Shown: positions 19,586 to 29,498 of the stretch, piece by piece
How positions within the stretch are numbered: the stretch's first letter is position 1
How the letters are laid out: each line of letters opens with the position of its first letter
From: Acidobacteriota bacterium
GTDB lineage: Bacteria > Acidobacteriota > Polarisedimenticolia > J045
Direction: 5' to 3'
Length of the DNA: 64,000 nucleotides
Assembly: GCA_025456425.1 (NCBI GenBank)
Contig: JALOKP010000009.1
Location: forward strand, 13,388-77,387
Notes under the pieces: model-generated
Told to the model about the DNA's origin: nothing
Seen by the model: the letters and a program-made list of their open reading frames with translations, nothing else
Databases searched by the model: none
Made by a program: the position numbers and the translations under genes

Positions 19586-20787
19586 AGGCCGGCGACCTGC
19601 TGCGCTTCGCGGCGGGCGCGCTCTCGGGCCACCGCCTGCGCGCCGGGCTGTCGCTGCTGGGCGTCGCGATCGGCGTCGGCTCGGTGATCCTCCTGACCAG
19701 CCTCGGAGAAGGGGCGCGGCGCTATGTCACCGGCGAGTTCGAGGTCCTCGGCAGCAACCTGCTGATCGTGATCCCCGGGAAGATCGAGACCTCCGGCGCC
19801 CCGCCGATCTTCGGCAGCTCGACCAACGACCTGACGGTCGAGGACGCCGAGGCGGTCGAGCGGCGCGTGCCGCTCGTGCGCCGCGTCGTGCCGCTGGTCG
19901 TGGTGCTGGCCAAGGCCCAGGCCGGCTCGCTCGAGCGCGACGTCGTCGTGGCCGGGGTCTCGCCCGCGATGAAGCCGGTGCGGAAGATCGCGGTCCCGCT
20001 CGGGCAGTACCTGCCGGAAGGCGACCTGGACCGCGGGGCGCGGGTGGCGGTGCTGGGCGCGAAGCTCCGCGACGAGCTGTTCCCCGGCCAGAACCCGCTC
20101 GGCGCGGCGATCCGGCTGGGCGACGAGCGCTTCCGCGTGATCGGCGTCATGGGCCAGCGCGGCACGTCGCTGGGCGAGAACCTCGACGAGGTGATCCACG
20201 TGCCGGTCGCCCACGGGCTGAAGCTGGCCAACCGGCGCGGGCTGTTCCGGCTGCTGATCGAGATCACCTCGCACGAGGATACCGAGGCGGCCAAGCAGCA
20301 GGTCCTGGCCGTGCTCAAGGAGCGCCACGGCGGGGTCGAGGACGTGACGGTCCTGACGCAGGACGCGGTCCTCTCGACCTTCAACCGGATCCTCGCGATC
20401 CTGACCGCCGCGCTGGCCGGGATCGCTGCGATCTCGCTCTCGGTCGCGGGGATCGGGATCATGAACGTGATGCTGGTCTCGGTCTCCGAAAGGACCCGCG
20501 AGATCGGCCTGCTCAAGGCGCTCGGCGTGACGCGGCGGCAGGTCGTCGTCGTCTTCCTGGCCGAGGCGGCGATCCTCTCGACGATCGGCGGGCTGGTCGG
20601 CGTCGCGCTCGGGTTCGCGCTGGGCCGCGCGGTGCGGCTGGTCTACCCCGCCTTCCCCGTCGCCGCGCCGGGCTGGGCCGTCGCCGCGGCGATCGGCGTC
20701 TCGGTCGCGGTGGGGCTGGTCTTCGGCGTGCTTCCGGCGCGGCGCGCGGCGCGGCTCGACCCGGTCGCCGCGCTCGCGGGGAGGTGA
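19582..20787 (+). CDS. ABC transporter permease (MacB/FtsX type)
   Basis: LSLLGVAIGVGSV, GIGIMNVMLVSVSERTREIGLLKALG, PARRAARLDPV. Confidence 0.93.
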   Translation: MKAGDLLRFAAGALSGHRLRAGLSLLGVAIGVGSVILLTSLGEGARRYVTGEFEVLGSNLLIVIPGKIETSGAPPIFGSSTNDLTVEDAEAVERRVPLVRRVVPLVVVLAKAQAGSLERDVVVAGVSPAMKPVRKIAVPLGQYLPEGDLDRGARVAVLGAKLRDELFPGQNPLGAAIRLGDERFRVIGVMGQRGTSLGENLDEVIHVPVAHGLKLANRRGLFRLLIEITSHEDTEAAKQQVLAVLKERHGGVEDVTVLTQDAVLSTFNRILAILTAALAGIAAISLSVAGIGIMNVMLVSVSERTREIGLLKALGVTRRQVVVVFLAEAAILSTIGGLVGVALGFALGRAVRLVYPAFPVAAPGWAVAAAIGVSVAVGLVFGVLPARRAARLDPVAALAGR

Positions 20788-21916
20788 GGGTGGGCCCCGG
20801 CGACCTGCTGCGCCTGGCCTGGGGCTCGATCGCGGCGCACCGCCTGCGCTCGACGCTGACGATGCTGGGGATCACGATCGGCATCGCTTCGGTGATCCTC
20901 CTGACCTCGATCGGCGAGGGGACGCGCGTCTTCATCACGAGCGAGTTCTCGCAGTTCGGCACCAACCTGCTGGCCGTGCACCCCGGGAACACCCGCACCA
21001 CCGGCGTCCCCGGCTCGATCGTGGCCACGCAGCGCAAGCTGACGGTCGAGGACGGAGAGGCGCTGCTGCGCGTGCCGGGGGTCGAGAAGATCGTGCCGCT
21101 GGCGATCGGCCAGGCCCGGGTCGAGGCCGGCAACCGCGGCCGCTCGGTCTACGTCTACGGCGTCACGGCTCGGCCGTGACCGTCCTGGGCCCGAAGCTGC
21201 AGCGCGAGCTGTTCGGCGACCGGAACCCGCTGGGCGAGTACGTCCGGATCGGCGGAGAGCGCTTCCAGGTGATCGGCCTGCTCGAGCCCAAGGGACGGTT
21301 CCTCGGGTTCGACCTCGACGACACCGCCTACATCCCGGTCGGCCGCGCGCTGAAGCTCTTCAACCGCGACGAGCTGGTCGAGATCGACGTGATGTTCTCG
21401 CCGGGACTCGACGGCGCCCGCGTGGCGCAGGGCGTGAAGGACGTGATGATCGCCCGCCACGGCGAGGAGGACTTCAACGTCGTGACCCAGGACGAGATGC
21501 TCGGCGTGCTCGACCGCGTGATGGGGATCGTCAGCGCGGCCGTCGGCGGGATCGGTGCGATCTCGCTGGTCGTCGGCGCGATCGGGATCCTGACCATGAT
21601 GTGGATCGCGGTCAACGAAAGGACCTCGGAGATCGGGCTGGCCAAGGCGCTGGGGGCCACGGCGGGCCAGGTCCAGGCGCTGTTCCTGGTCGAGGCCGGG
21701 ATGCTCTCGCTGCTCGGGGGAGCGCTGGGGGTCGGGGTCGGGATGGGGCTCGCGTGGCTGCTGCGCGCGGCGCTGCCCGAGCTGCCGGTCCGCACCCCTC
21801 CCGGCTACGTCGTCGCCGCCCTCGCGGTCAGCCTGGCGGTGGGACTGGCGAGCGGGGTGATGCCGGCCCGGCGCGCGGCCCGGCTCGACCCGATCGAGGC
21901 GCTGCACGCGGAGTAG
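20784..21916 (+). pseudogene. Second MacB-type ABC permease, frameshifted near 21170
   Basis: The N-half ends at VYVYGVT. The C-half resumes in another frame as GSAVTVLGPKLQRELFG and ends PARRAARLDPIEALHAE. Confidence 0.8.
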
Positions 21917-21953
21917 TGTCCCGAATCCGCGCGGGCTCGACCGTCGGCCGCCG

Positions 21954-22817
21954 CTACTTCCCCTTCGACTTCTTCTTCCCGCCCGCCCCGGCCGGCTTCT
22001 GGCCGGTCGCCTTCTCGTAGCGCTTGAGCGCCTCGGGCATGTCCTTCTTCAGCCGTTCGATTCTCTGCTCGTCGGCGGGGTGGGTGCTGAGAAAGGCGGG
22101 CGGCTTGCCCGACCCCTTCGAGGCCTCCGCCATGCGCTGCCAGAGGCCGATCGAGGCTCGCGGGTCGTAGCCCGCCATCGCCATGAAGTTGATCCCCATC
22201 TTGTCGGCCTCGCTCTCCTGCGCGCGGCTGAACGGGAGCAGGATCCCGACGACGGAGCCGGCCCCGAAGGCGGCCATCGCCAGGGCCTGCGTCTGGGTCG
22301 ACTTGCCGGCGAGCGCCACGGCGAGCGTCGCCCCGCCGAGCTGCGTCGCGAGCTGCTGGCTCATCCGCTCGGCCCCGTGCTGGGCGATCGCGTGCGCGAC
22401 CTCGTGTCCCATCACCACCGCCATCCCGGTCTCGTCGCGCGTGATCGGCAGGATCCCGGTGTTGAAGACGACCCGGCCGCCGGGCATGCACCAGGCGTTC
22501 ACTTCCTTGTCCTCGACCAGGTGGAACTGCCAGTCGTACCCCGCGAGCTGGTCGGCGTAGTCGTTCTTCTTCATGTACTGCTCGACCGCGGCCTGGATCC
22601 GGCGGCCGACCCGCTCGACCATCTCCGCGTCGGGCGTCCCGCGGACCGGCGGGTTCTTCTTCAGGAACTTGCCGTACTCGGTCGCGGCGAGCGCGTTGAC
22701 TTCGCTTCCCGAGACCAGGCTGAGCTGCTTGCGGCCGGTCATCGGAACGGTCGCGCAGCCGGCGAGCAGCAGCAGGGCGACGAGCAGGGCGACGCGGCGG
22801 ACGGCGTGGGCGCTCAT
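21954..22817 (-). CDS. M48 family metallopeptidase lipoprotein
   Basis: Lipobox LLAG|CATVPMTGRKQL, VNAWCMPGG, GHEVAHA, FSRAQESEAD, FLSTHP. Confidence 0.93.
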   Translation of the reverse strand: MSAHAVRRVALLVALLLLAGCATVPMTGRKQLSLVSGSEVNALAATEYGKFLKKNPPVRGTPDAEMVERVGRRIQAAVEQYMKKNDYADQLAGYDWQFHLVEDKEVNAWCMPGGRVVFNTGILPITRDETGMAVVMGHEVAHAIAQHGAERMSQQLATQLGGATLAVALAGKSTQTQALAMAAFGAGSVVGILLPFSRAQESEADKMGINFMAMAGYDPRASIGLWQRMAEASKGSGKPPAFLSTHPADEQRIERLKKDMPEALKRYEKATGQKPAGAGGKKKSKGK

Positions 22818-23458
22818 GCGCGTCCCTCCTTCCGGTGGCGCAGGAACTCGTAGACGGCGGGCAGGACCGAGATCACGATGATCGCGATGATCACGACGCT
22901 GAAGTTGTCGCGGACGAAAGGCAGATTGCCGAAGAAGTAGCCCCCGAGCACGCAGACCAGGATCCACAGCGCGGCGCCCGTCACGTTGTACATCGCAAAG
23001 CGCGGGTAGCTCATCTCGCCGACGCCCGCCAGGAAGGGGGCGAAGGTCCGGACGATCGGGACGAAGCGCGCGATCACGATCGTCTTGCCGCCGTACTTCT
23101 CGAAGAAGCGGTGGGTCCGGTCGATGTACTCCTTCCGGAAGATCCGGCTGTCTTTCATCTCGTAGACCCGGTGGCCGATCCGGCGGCCGACCGCGTAGTT
23201 GACCGCGTCGCCCAGCACCGCCGCGGCGAACAGCACCAGCATCACGAGCGGCAGCGAGAGCGAGCCCTTGGCCGCGAACACACCCGCCGCGAACAGCAGC
23301 GAGTCGCCGGGCAGGAAGGGCGTGACGACCAGCCCGGTCTCGCAGAAGACGACGACGAAGAGCAGGGCGTAGGTCCAGGTGCCGTAGGTCTCGATGATCT
23401 TCGCCAGGTACTTGTCCAGGTGCAGGAATACGTCGATCGCGGTCTGGATCAGCTCCAC
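22814..23458 (-). CDS. dedA: DedA family membrane protein
   Basis: FCETGLVVTPFLPGDSLLF, LGDAVNY, ARFVPIVRTFAPF. Confidence 0.95.
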   Translation of the reverse strand: MELIQTAIDVFLHLDKYLAKIIETYGTWTYALLFVVVFCETGLVVTPFLPGDSLLFAAGVFAAKGSLSLPLVMLVLFAAAVLGDAVNYAVGRRIGHRVYEMKDSRIFRKEYIDRTHRFFEKYGGKTIVIARFVPIVRTFAPFLAGVGEMSYPRFAMYNVTGAALWILVCVLGGYFFGNLPFVRDNFSVVIIAIIVISVLPAVYEFLRHRKEGRA

Positions 23459-23666
23459 GGGGCCCTCGCCGGCGGGGCACGCGGCAGGGCGCGCCCGGGG
23501 CGGCATTCTGACCCGGCTGCCGCGGGCCGCCAAGGGGACCCCGCCCGGTGAGCCGGTTCCCGCGGCGCGGTGGCGCCCCGACGGGATCCCGTTAGACTCC
23601 TGTTTCGTCGCGCCCGACCCGGCGGAGCCCACCGTCCCGGATACCGGCCGCGCGGAGGAAGACCCC

Positions 23667-24008
23667 ATGAAGCGTCTGACCCTGTTCGCGCTCGCGTTCG
23701 CCCTCGTGCTCGGCCTGTCGGCCGTCGCGCTGGCGGGCAGCCCCAACGAAGTCACCATGACCGGCAAGGTCGCCTGCAGCAAGTGCACGCTCAAGCTCGA
23801 GGGTTCCGCGACCTGTCAGGACGTGTTTGTCGTCGCCGGCAAGGACGGCGCCGCCCCCGCCTACTACTACTTCGCCAAGACCGAGGCCCTCGCGGCCTTC
23901 GAGCACGGCTGCAGCGGTGAGAAGCCGGCCGTCGTGACCGGCGTCGTCGCCGAGAAGGACGGCAAGAAGTGGATCGTCGCCACGAAGATCGTGGAAGCGA
24001 AGAGCTAG
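23667..24008 (+). CDS. Secreted Cys-containing small protein (OB-fold-like, DUF6370-like)
   Basis: Signal peptide; TGKVACSKC...CQD...HGC...VTGVV motif; GGAGG RBS. Confidence 0.65.
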   Translation: MKRLTLFALAFALVLGLSAVALAGSPNEVTMTGKVACSKCTLKLEGSATCQDVFVVAGKDGAAPAYYYFAKTEALAAFEHGCSGEKPAVVTGVVAEKDGKKWIVATKIVEAKS

Positions 24009-24625
24009 CATCCGAGGCGCCGGGGGGCGGCGACGCTGCCCTCCGGCGTGCGCTCGGGCGCGCCCTGGCCCGGGCCGGCGGCGCGGTGAGTGTCCGACCC
24101 GGCGCCGGCAACCTGGTCCGCCGCGCAACGCCGGCGGACGGCGTCTCCCTCCCCTTCGTCGTCGAGGTCGAGGGGCTCCCCAACCTGCTGCACGAGTTCG
24201 TGCACTTCGTCCTGCGCCCGCCACTGGCGGTCGACCACGGCTTCGACTACGCGCTGATCCCGTTCGATACGGCGCGGCCGGAGCCGCGGCGCTGGCTGTG
24301 GGAGGAACTCGCCTGCTGCGTCGTGAGCTGCGCCTACCTGGCGGAGCAGCCGGCGCGGGTCGCGCCCTGGTTCGCCGAGCAGCTCGGGATCCAGCACCAC
24401 TTCTACGGCGTCGATGGTCCCGAGCGGTTCCTGCCCCATGTCGCGGCGCTGGTCGCGACGCACGGCGCCGAGCTGGACGCCGTGATCGACGAGGCCTACG
24501 CCGCCGCGGCCGCGCACCTCGCGGCCGTCGGTGCCGATGACTCCGGCCCGCCGCGGCACCTCGCCTTCGCGCCGCTGTTCGCGGCGCTGTGCGCTACAAC
24601 CCCGCCAGGATCTGCGCGAGGATGA
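23969..24625 (+). CDS. Hypothetical HExxH protein (start uncertain; GTG at 24086 is an alternative)
   Basis: NLLHEFVHF followed by WEELACC; coding-like composition. Confidence 0.55.
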   Translation: MDRRHEDRGSEELASEAPGGGDAALRRALGRALARAGGAVSVRPGAGNLVRRATPADGVSLPFVVEVEGLPNLLHEFVHFVLRPPLAVDHGFDYALIPFDTARPEPRRWLWEELACCVVSCAYLAEQPARVAPWFAEQLGIQHHFYGVDGPERFLPHVAALVATHGAELDAVIDEAYAAAAAHLAAVGADDSGPPRHLAFAPLFAALCATTPPGSARG

Positions 24626-26234
24626 TCTTCGAGATCGTCGCCACGGGGTAGACTGCGGCGTAGGCGACGTTGGGCGTCTCCGACCCGGTGTGCGTGTTGG
24701 CGAACGACAGCGCCGCCGGCTGGGTGTGAATTCCCGCGACGAGCCCCAACGTCGTGATCATGTCGAAGCCGAAGACCCGGCGCGAGAGCAGGATCGCCGC
24801 GGTCGCCGACAGCACCGTGATCAGCCCGCCCGCCAGCAGCAGCGGCAGCCCCTGTTTCTCGAAGGTCGCGACGAAGGTCGCCCCGGCGCGCGTTCCGACA
24901 CCGGCCAGGAACAGCAGGATCCCCAGCTGACGCAGCGTGAGCGAGGCGTTGGCCGGCATCGTCCAGACGATCGGCCCGGTCCGGCCCAGCCGGCCGAGGA
25001 TCAGTCCGACGACCAGCGGGCCGCCGGCGAGGCCCAGGGACATCGTCTGGCCGCCCGGCAGCGGGATCGGGAAGGTCCCGAGGAAGACGCCCAGGATCAG
25101 CCCGAAGCTGAAGGACATGAAGTCGGTCTCGGTCAGGTCGCGCAGCGGGTCGCCGACGACCTGCGAGACGCGGTCGAGGTCGCGCGCGTGGGCCACCGCG
25201 CGGATGTGGTCGCCCAGCTCGAGCGTCGTGTCGGCCTCGGGCGTGATCGCGATCCCGCCGCGCCGGATCCGGCTGACCACGACCGGGCAGCCGCAGGCCG
25301 CGGACAGTTCGGACAGCTTGGTCCCGGCGACCTTGCGCTGGAGCACGACCAGGTCGCGGTGGGCGATGTCCGAACCGAAGCGTTCGCGGTGCTCGCCGAC
25401 CAGCGGGCCGATCAGCAGCACGGCGCGCTCGATCGCGTCCGGCGGGCCGACGCCGACCAGCACGTCGTCGGCCTGCAGCGGCAACTCGGGGGTGACGAGG
25501 ATCTCCTCCCCTTCCCCGCGGCGCTTCACGCGCGTGAAGACCATCCCGGTGAGCTCGGCGAAACGGGCCTCTTCGAAGGACTTGCCCACGAGCTGCGGGT
25601 TGGCCAGCCGCAGCTCGCGCGAGAGCAGGTCGTCGCCCAGACCGCTCGCGGCGCGCGCCCTCCGATCCTCCTCCTTGAAGTCGACCCGCGCAATCCGCGT
25701 CGCGACCTGCATCACGAGGATCAGCCCGACCACGCCCAGCGGGTAGGCGATCGAGTAGCCGACGGTCGGCCCGTCGGCGGCGCCGGCGGCCAGGACGCCG
25801 CGCAGCCGCTCGATCGCCGCCGCCAGCGCCGGCGTGTTGGTCAACGCGCCGCAGAAGAGCCCGGTCGCCACCGGGGCCCCGGTCGCCAGCACCAGGCCGG
25901 CGACCGCGGCGCCGACTGCGGCCACGGCCGGGATCAGCGTCCCGGCCAGCGTGAAGCGCAGCCCCTGGCGCCGGAAGAGGTTGAAGAACATCGGTCCCGA
26001 CTGCAGCCCGATGATGTAGACGAACAGGATCAGCCCCAGCAGGTAGACGAACTCGGGCAGCACGAAGTGCCGTGGGTCGACGGCGCCGAAGACGAGGCCG
26101 ACGAACAGCACCGCCGCCACCCCGAGCGAGAACCCCCGGAGGCGCACCGCGCCGAGGAACCAGCCGAGGCCGATCACCGCGAACAGCAGCGCGACGGGCG
26201 AACTGGCGAGCAGGTCGTAGAGGCCGGCGAGCAC
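24594..26234 (-). CDS. Aspartate:alanine exchanger (AspT/YidE/YbjL) family transporter with TrkA-C domains
   Basis: Duplicated TM repeat (GALTNTPAL, HTQPAAL), YSIAYPLG and YAAVYP, central RCK_C domains. Confidence 0.9.
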   Translation of the reverse strand: MLAGLYDLLASSPVALLFAVIGLGWFLGAVRLRGFSLGVAAVLFVGLVFGAVDPRHFVLPEFVYLLGLILFVYIIGLQSGPMFFNLFRRQGLRFTLAGTLIPAVAAVGAAVAGLVLATGAPVATGLFCGALTNTPALAAAIERLRGVLAAGAADGPTVGYSIAYPLGVVGLILVMQVATRIARVDFKEEDRRARAASGLGDDLLSRELRLANPQLVGKSFEEARFAELTGMVFTRVKRRGEGEEILVTPELPLQADDVLVGVGPPDAIERAVLLIGPLVGEHRERFGSDIAHRDLVVLQRKVAGTKLSELSAACGCPVVVSRIRRGGIAITPEADTTLELGDHIRAVAHARDLDRVSQVVGDPLRDLTETDFMSFSFGLILGVFLGTFPIPLPGGQTMSLGLAGGPLVVGLILGRLGRTGPIVWTMPANASLTLRQLGILLFLAGVGTRAGATFVATFEKQGLPLLLAGGLITVLSATAAILLSRRVFGFDMITTLGLVAGIHTQPAALSFANTHTGSETPNVAYAAVYPVATISKIILAQILAGL

Positions 26235-26375
26235 GGGGCGAATCCTCCGGGAGCAGCGCGTCAGGATACGGGAGCGCGGCCCCCTGCGGTAGCCCGTGGC
26301 GGGCTCGGTGCGCGGTGCGCGTCCCCGGGCGCACGGCGGCGCGACGCGGCCGCTCCCATCGCCCCTCCCTGCGGC

Positions 26376-28136
26376 TCACGGCGCGGCGAAGTGCACCGGC
26401 ACTTCGCCGCGCAGGCTGCTGACCAGCCAGGCCGCTGTCGCGCGCGCCAGGTCGGTCGGCCGCAGCACCCGCTCGGCCACCGCCCCGCGCCCGAGCAGCT
26501 CACGGCGCAGCACGCCGCCCAGCAGGCCGCACGGACGCGGCGGCGTGAACCGGCCGCCGTCGAGGTCGAGCACCAGGTTCCCTCGCGTGAACTCTGTCAG
26601 CTCCCCCGACTCGTTGAGCAGCAGCACGTCGTGCACGCCGGGGTGCTCGGCGCGCCGCGTCTCGTAGACCGCGCGCTGCGTCGTCTTGTGGTGCAGGAAG
26701 AGGTCGTCGCGCGAGACCGGGCGCGGGCAGAGCGCGACCGGGAGCGGGCCGGCGGGCAGGGGCTCGAGCGGCAGCGCCTCGGCCCGCACCGCGCCATCCT
26801 CCGCCAGGACGAGGCGCAGCCGCCACACCCCGGGCTCCAGCCCGTCGATCCTCCGGCGCGCGGCGCCCTCGGCCGCCGCGGCATCGAAGGGCCACCCGAA
26901 GTAGCGGGCGGACGCCCCCAGCCGCGCGAGGTGCGCCGGCAGGCGGACGGCGCGGCCCGCCTCGACCCGCAGCGTCTCGAACAGCTCGAACGGCGGCGGC
27001 GGCGGCGCGAGCACGGCCGACTTCAGGCGAACTTCGCGGTACTCGGCGGCCGCATCCGAGCCCCAGGTGATCCCGGCTCCCACGCCGTACTCGACACGCC
27101 CGGTCTCGCGGTCGACGACGGCAGTCCGGATCGGGACCGAGAAGGTCGCGGCGCCGCCGGGGGCGACCAGCCCGATCGCACCGCAGTAGACCCCGCGCGG
27201 CGCGCGCTCGAGCGCGGCGATCGTGCGCATCGTGCTGGCCTTCGGCGCGCCGGTGACCGAGCCGCTGGGGAAGAGCGCGCGAAAGAGGTCGGCCAGGCCG
27301 GTGCCGGGTCGCAGTGTCGCGGTCACGCTCGAGGTCATCTGCAGCACCGTCGGGTAGCGCTCGACCTCGCACAGCGCGGGGACGGCGACGCTGCCGGTGG
27401 CGGCGACCCGGCCGAGGTCGCTGCGCATGAGGTCGACGATCATCACGTTCTCGGCGCGGTCCTTCTCCGACGCCGCCAGCGCCGCGGCGCGGGCGTCGTC
27501 CTCGTCCGGGAACCGGCCGCGCGCCGCCGTGCCCTTCATCGGGCGGACCGCGATCCAGTCCCCTTCCCGCCGGAAGAACAGCTCGGGCGAGGCCGAGGCG
27601 ATCGCGAAGCGGCCGAGGTCGAGGTAGGCGGCGTAGCCGCCGCGCTGGCGCGCTGCCAGGCGCCGCCAGAGCGCAAGGGGATCGCCCGCGAAGGGCGCGG
27701 CGAGGCGCAGCGTCAGGTTGACCTGGTAGGTGTCGCCGCGGGCGATCGCCGCCCTCACGGCCGCGACCGCGTCGAGCCAGGCGGCCTCGCCGGTGTCGGG
27801 CTCCAACCGCTCGGCCGGGCCCGGCGACCGGGTTCCGGCCGGGACGGCGGCCGGCTCGTCCTCCGCCGCGTCGAACAGCGCGAACCACGCGGACGGCAGC
27901 GGCCCCGGCGGGTGCGTGACCAGCGCGGCGTCGAAGGCCGGGGCGGCCTCGTAGGCCACGAAGCCGGCGGCCCAGCGGCCCGTCGCGGCCGCGCGCTCGA
28001 CCTCGCCGAGCAGCGCCGGCACCTCGTCCGGCGCGCGCGCCTCGAGCACCGCGACCGGGTCGGCGAAGCGCCGAGGTACGACCCGCCGCGCGGCATCCTC
28101 GAAAAGGAAGAGGGCGGCGGGCACGGCGCGGCTCAC
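26376..28136 (-). CDS. pabB: Aminodeoxychorismate synthase component I fused to class IV aminotransferase (PabB-PabC)
   Basis: GDTYQVN, SASPELF, KDRAENVMIVDL, LFPSGSVTGAPK; C-terminal HKTT, EFTRGNL and GLLGGV. Confidence 0.9.
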   Translation of the reverse strand: MSRAVPAALFLFEDAARRVVPRRFADPVAVLEARAPDEVPALLGEVERAAATGRWAAGFVAYEAAPAFDAALVTHPPGPLPSAWFALFDAAEDEPAAVPAGTRSPGPAERLEPDTGEAAWLDAVAAVRAAIARGDTYQVNLTLRLAAPFAGDPLALWRRLAARQRGGYAAYLDLGRFAIASASPELFFRREGDWIAVRPMKGTAARGRFPDEDDARAAALAASEKDRAENVMIVDLMRSDLGRVAATGSVAVPALCEVERYPTVLQMTSSVTATLRPGTGLADLFRALFPSGSVTGAPKASTMRTIAALERAPRGVYCGAIGLVAPGGAATFSVPIRTAVVDRETGRVEYGVGAGITWGSDAAAEYREVRLKSAVLAPPPPPFELFETLRVEAGRAVRLPAHLARLGASARYFGWPFDAAAAEGAARRRIDGLEPGVWRLRLVLAEDGAVRAEALPLEPLPAGPLPVALCPRPVSRDDLFLHHKTTQRAVYETRRAEHPGVHDVLLLNESGELTEFTRGNLVLDLDGGRFTPPRPCGLLGGVLRRELLGRGAVAERVLRPTDLARATAAWLVSSLRGEVPVHFAAP

Positions 28137-29353
28137 CTGGGCAGGAGAGCCCTGGTCTCCTCGAGCGTGCGGCGCGCGATCTCCGCCTGGACCGCGCGCA
28201 CCGCGTCCGGGGCCGGCGCCGTCGCGCGCCACGATGCGAGCGCCCGCTCCGCCGTCTCGACGTTCTTCCGCTCGATCGCCAGCAGCCCGTCCACGACGCG
28301 CCGCACGTTCGCGCGCAACGCGTCGACGCGGACGAAGCGCTTCAGTTCGCCGCGCGTGGCCGGGTAGAAGACCGCCTTCACCGCGTCGAAGGCCCGCGTC
28401 AACGGGGCGGGCTCGGGCGACGCGGCGAGTTCGGCCGGGACGCTGCGGGCCGCGACCCAGGCCGGGACCGCGACGCCGGTGACCGGTTGACCGAGGATCA
28501 CCCAGGCGGTCGCCAGCAGCGGGCTCTCGCCCGGCCGGACCCCGGAGATCACGAAGGCGGACGCAGTCGCGTCGCGACAGATGCTGTCGCCGATGTAGGC
28601 GTAGGGCCCGGCCGGCGGCGCCGGGCCGAGCGGGTCGCTGCCCAGCGCCTCGTTGGCCAGGTCGCGTGTGACCCGCGCGAGGAGCAGCGGCGTGTCGAGC
28701 GTCCCGGCCTCGGCCGCCGCTTCGAGCAGCGTGCCGGCGCGACGGCGCCGCAGCGTCCCCGAGCCGCGCTGGTCGTCTCCCGAGTCGCTGTAGTTGCTGC
28801 GCACGAGCAGCCCGCGCGGCGCGAGCGCCCTGTCGGTCGCGTCGAAGCGCCGGTAGGCCTTGCGCGAGGTCTCGAAGTAGGCCGCGCCGCCCCGCGCGTC
28901 GATCGTGCCGAAGTTCGAGGCGACGGCGCGGCCGCCAGGGTTCGTCCGGTCGAGCAGGGCCTGGAACTCGTCGAGGCTGGCGCAGGTCTGCAGCGCGAGC
29001 CGCATGAACTCGCCGTCGGCCTCCTCGTCGTCCTCCTCGATGTTGTAGGAGGCGGAGTTCATGATCGCAAAGCCAGCGTCGTTGACGCCGGCCCAGATCT
29101 TCATCCCGGCGGCGTCCCCGGTGTCGACCAGCCCGACGAAGGCGTGCCGGCCGTCCGCGTTGTAGACGAGCTGGTTGGCCAGGTTGTCGGCGTCGCGGTT
29201 CTTCCAGAGGATCGGGCGGCCGTCGGCGGTCGCGGCGCCCGAGATCACCGCGGTGGTGCAGCCGAGGACGGCGGGAGGCAAGCCGGCGGCCGCGAGAAGC
29301 GCGAGGCCGGCGGTCAGCGCCGGCAGACCGCGGCCGGTGGGACGGGGCGACAT
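28133..29353 (-). CDS. Secreted Ntn-hydrolase (peptidase C45-like)
   Basis: Signal peptide followed by CTTAVISG...DGRPILWKNRD (N-terminal Cys nucleophile), and RSNY. Confidence 0.75.
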   Translation of the reverse strand: MSPRPTGRGLPALTAGLALLAAAGLPPAVLGCTTAVISGAATADGRPILWKNRDADNLANQLVYNADGRHAFVGLVDTGDAAGMKIWAGVNDAGFAIMNSASYNIEEDDEEADGEFMRLALQTCASLDEFQALLDRTNPGGRAVASNFGTIDARGGAAYFETSRKAYRRFDATDRALAPRGLLVRSNYSDSGDDQRGSGTLRRRRAGTLLEAAAEAGTLDTPLLLARVTRDLANEALGSDPLGPAPPAGPYAYIGDSICRDATASAFVISGVRPGESPLLATAWVILGQPVTGVAVPAWVAARSVPAELAASPEPAPLTRAFDAVKAVFYPATRGELKRFVRVDALRANVRRVVDGLLAIERKNVETAERALASWRATAPAPDAVRAVQAEIARRTLEETRALLPR

Positions 29354-29498
29354 GATCGGTCTCCTATCGAGTGGGCAGTCTATCCGATCGCATCCGGGCC
29401 CAGCCGCCGCCCGGCCCCGCCGTCACGGACCCTCCCGCCCCCCGGGCGGCCGTGGAATAATGCTGCCCCTTCCAAGTGTAAGAAGAACGGGGGTCACG

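Noticed and set aside
17727-21916. MacAB-like ABC system as the missing pump for the repeat-protein locus
   Set aside because: It lies about 8 kb away with unrelated genes between, has its own MFP and has one broken permease; nothing links it.
8955-24625. DHS-like gene plus HExxH (EpmC-like) gene as an EF-P modification pathway
   Set aside because: The genes are 14 kb apart, no efp gene is present, the EpmC similarity is only a short motif, and the DHS-like gene is broken.
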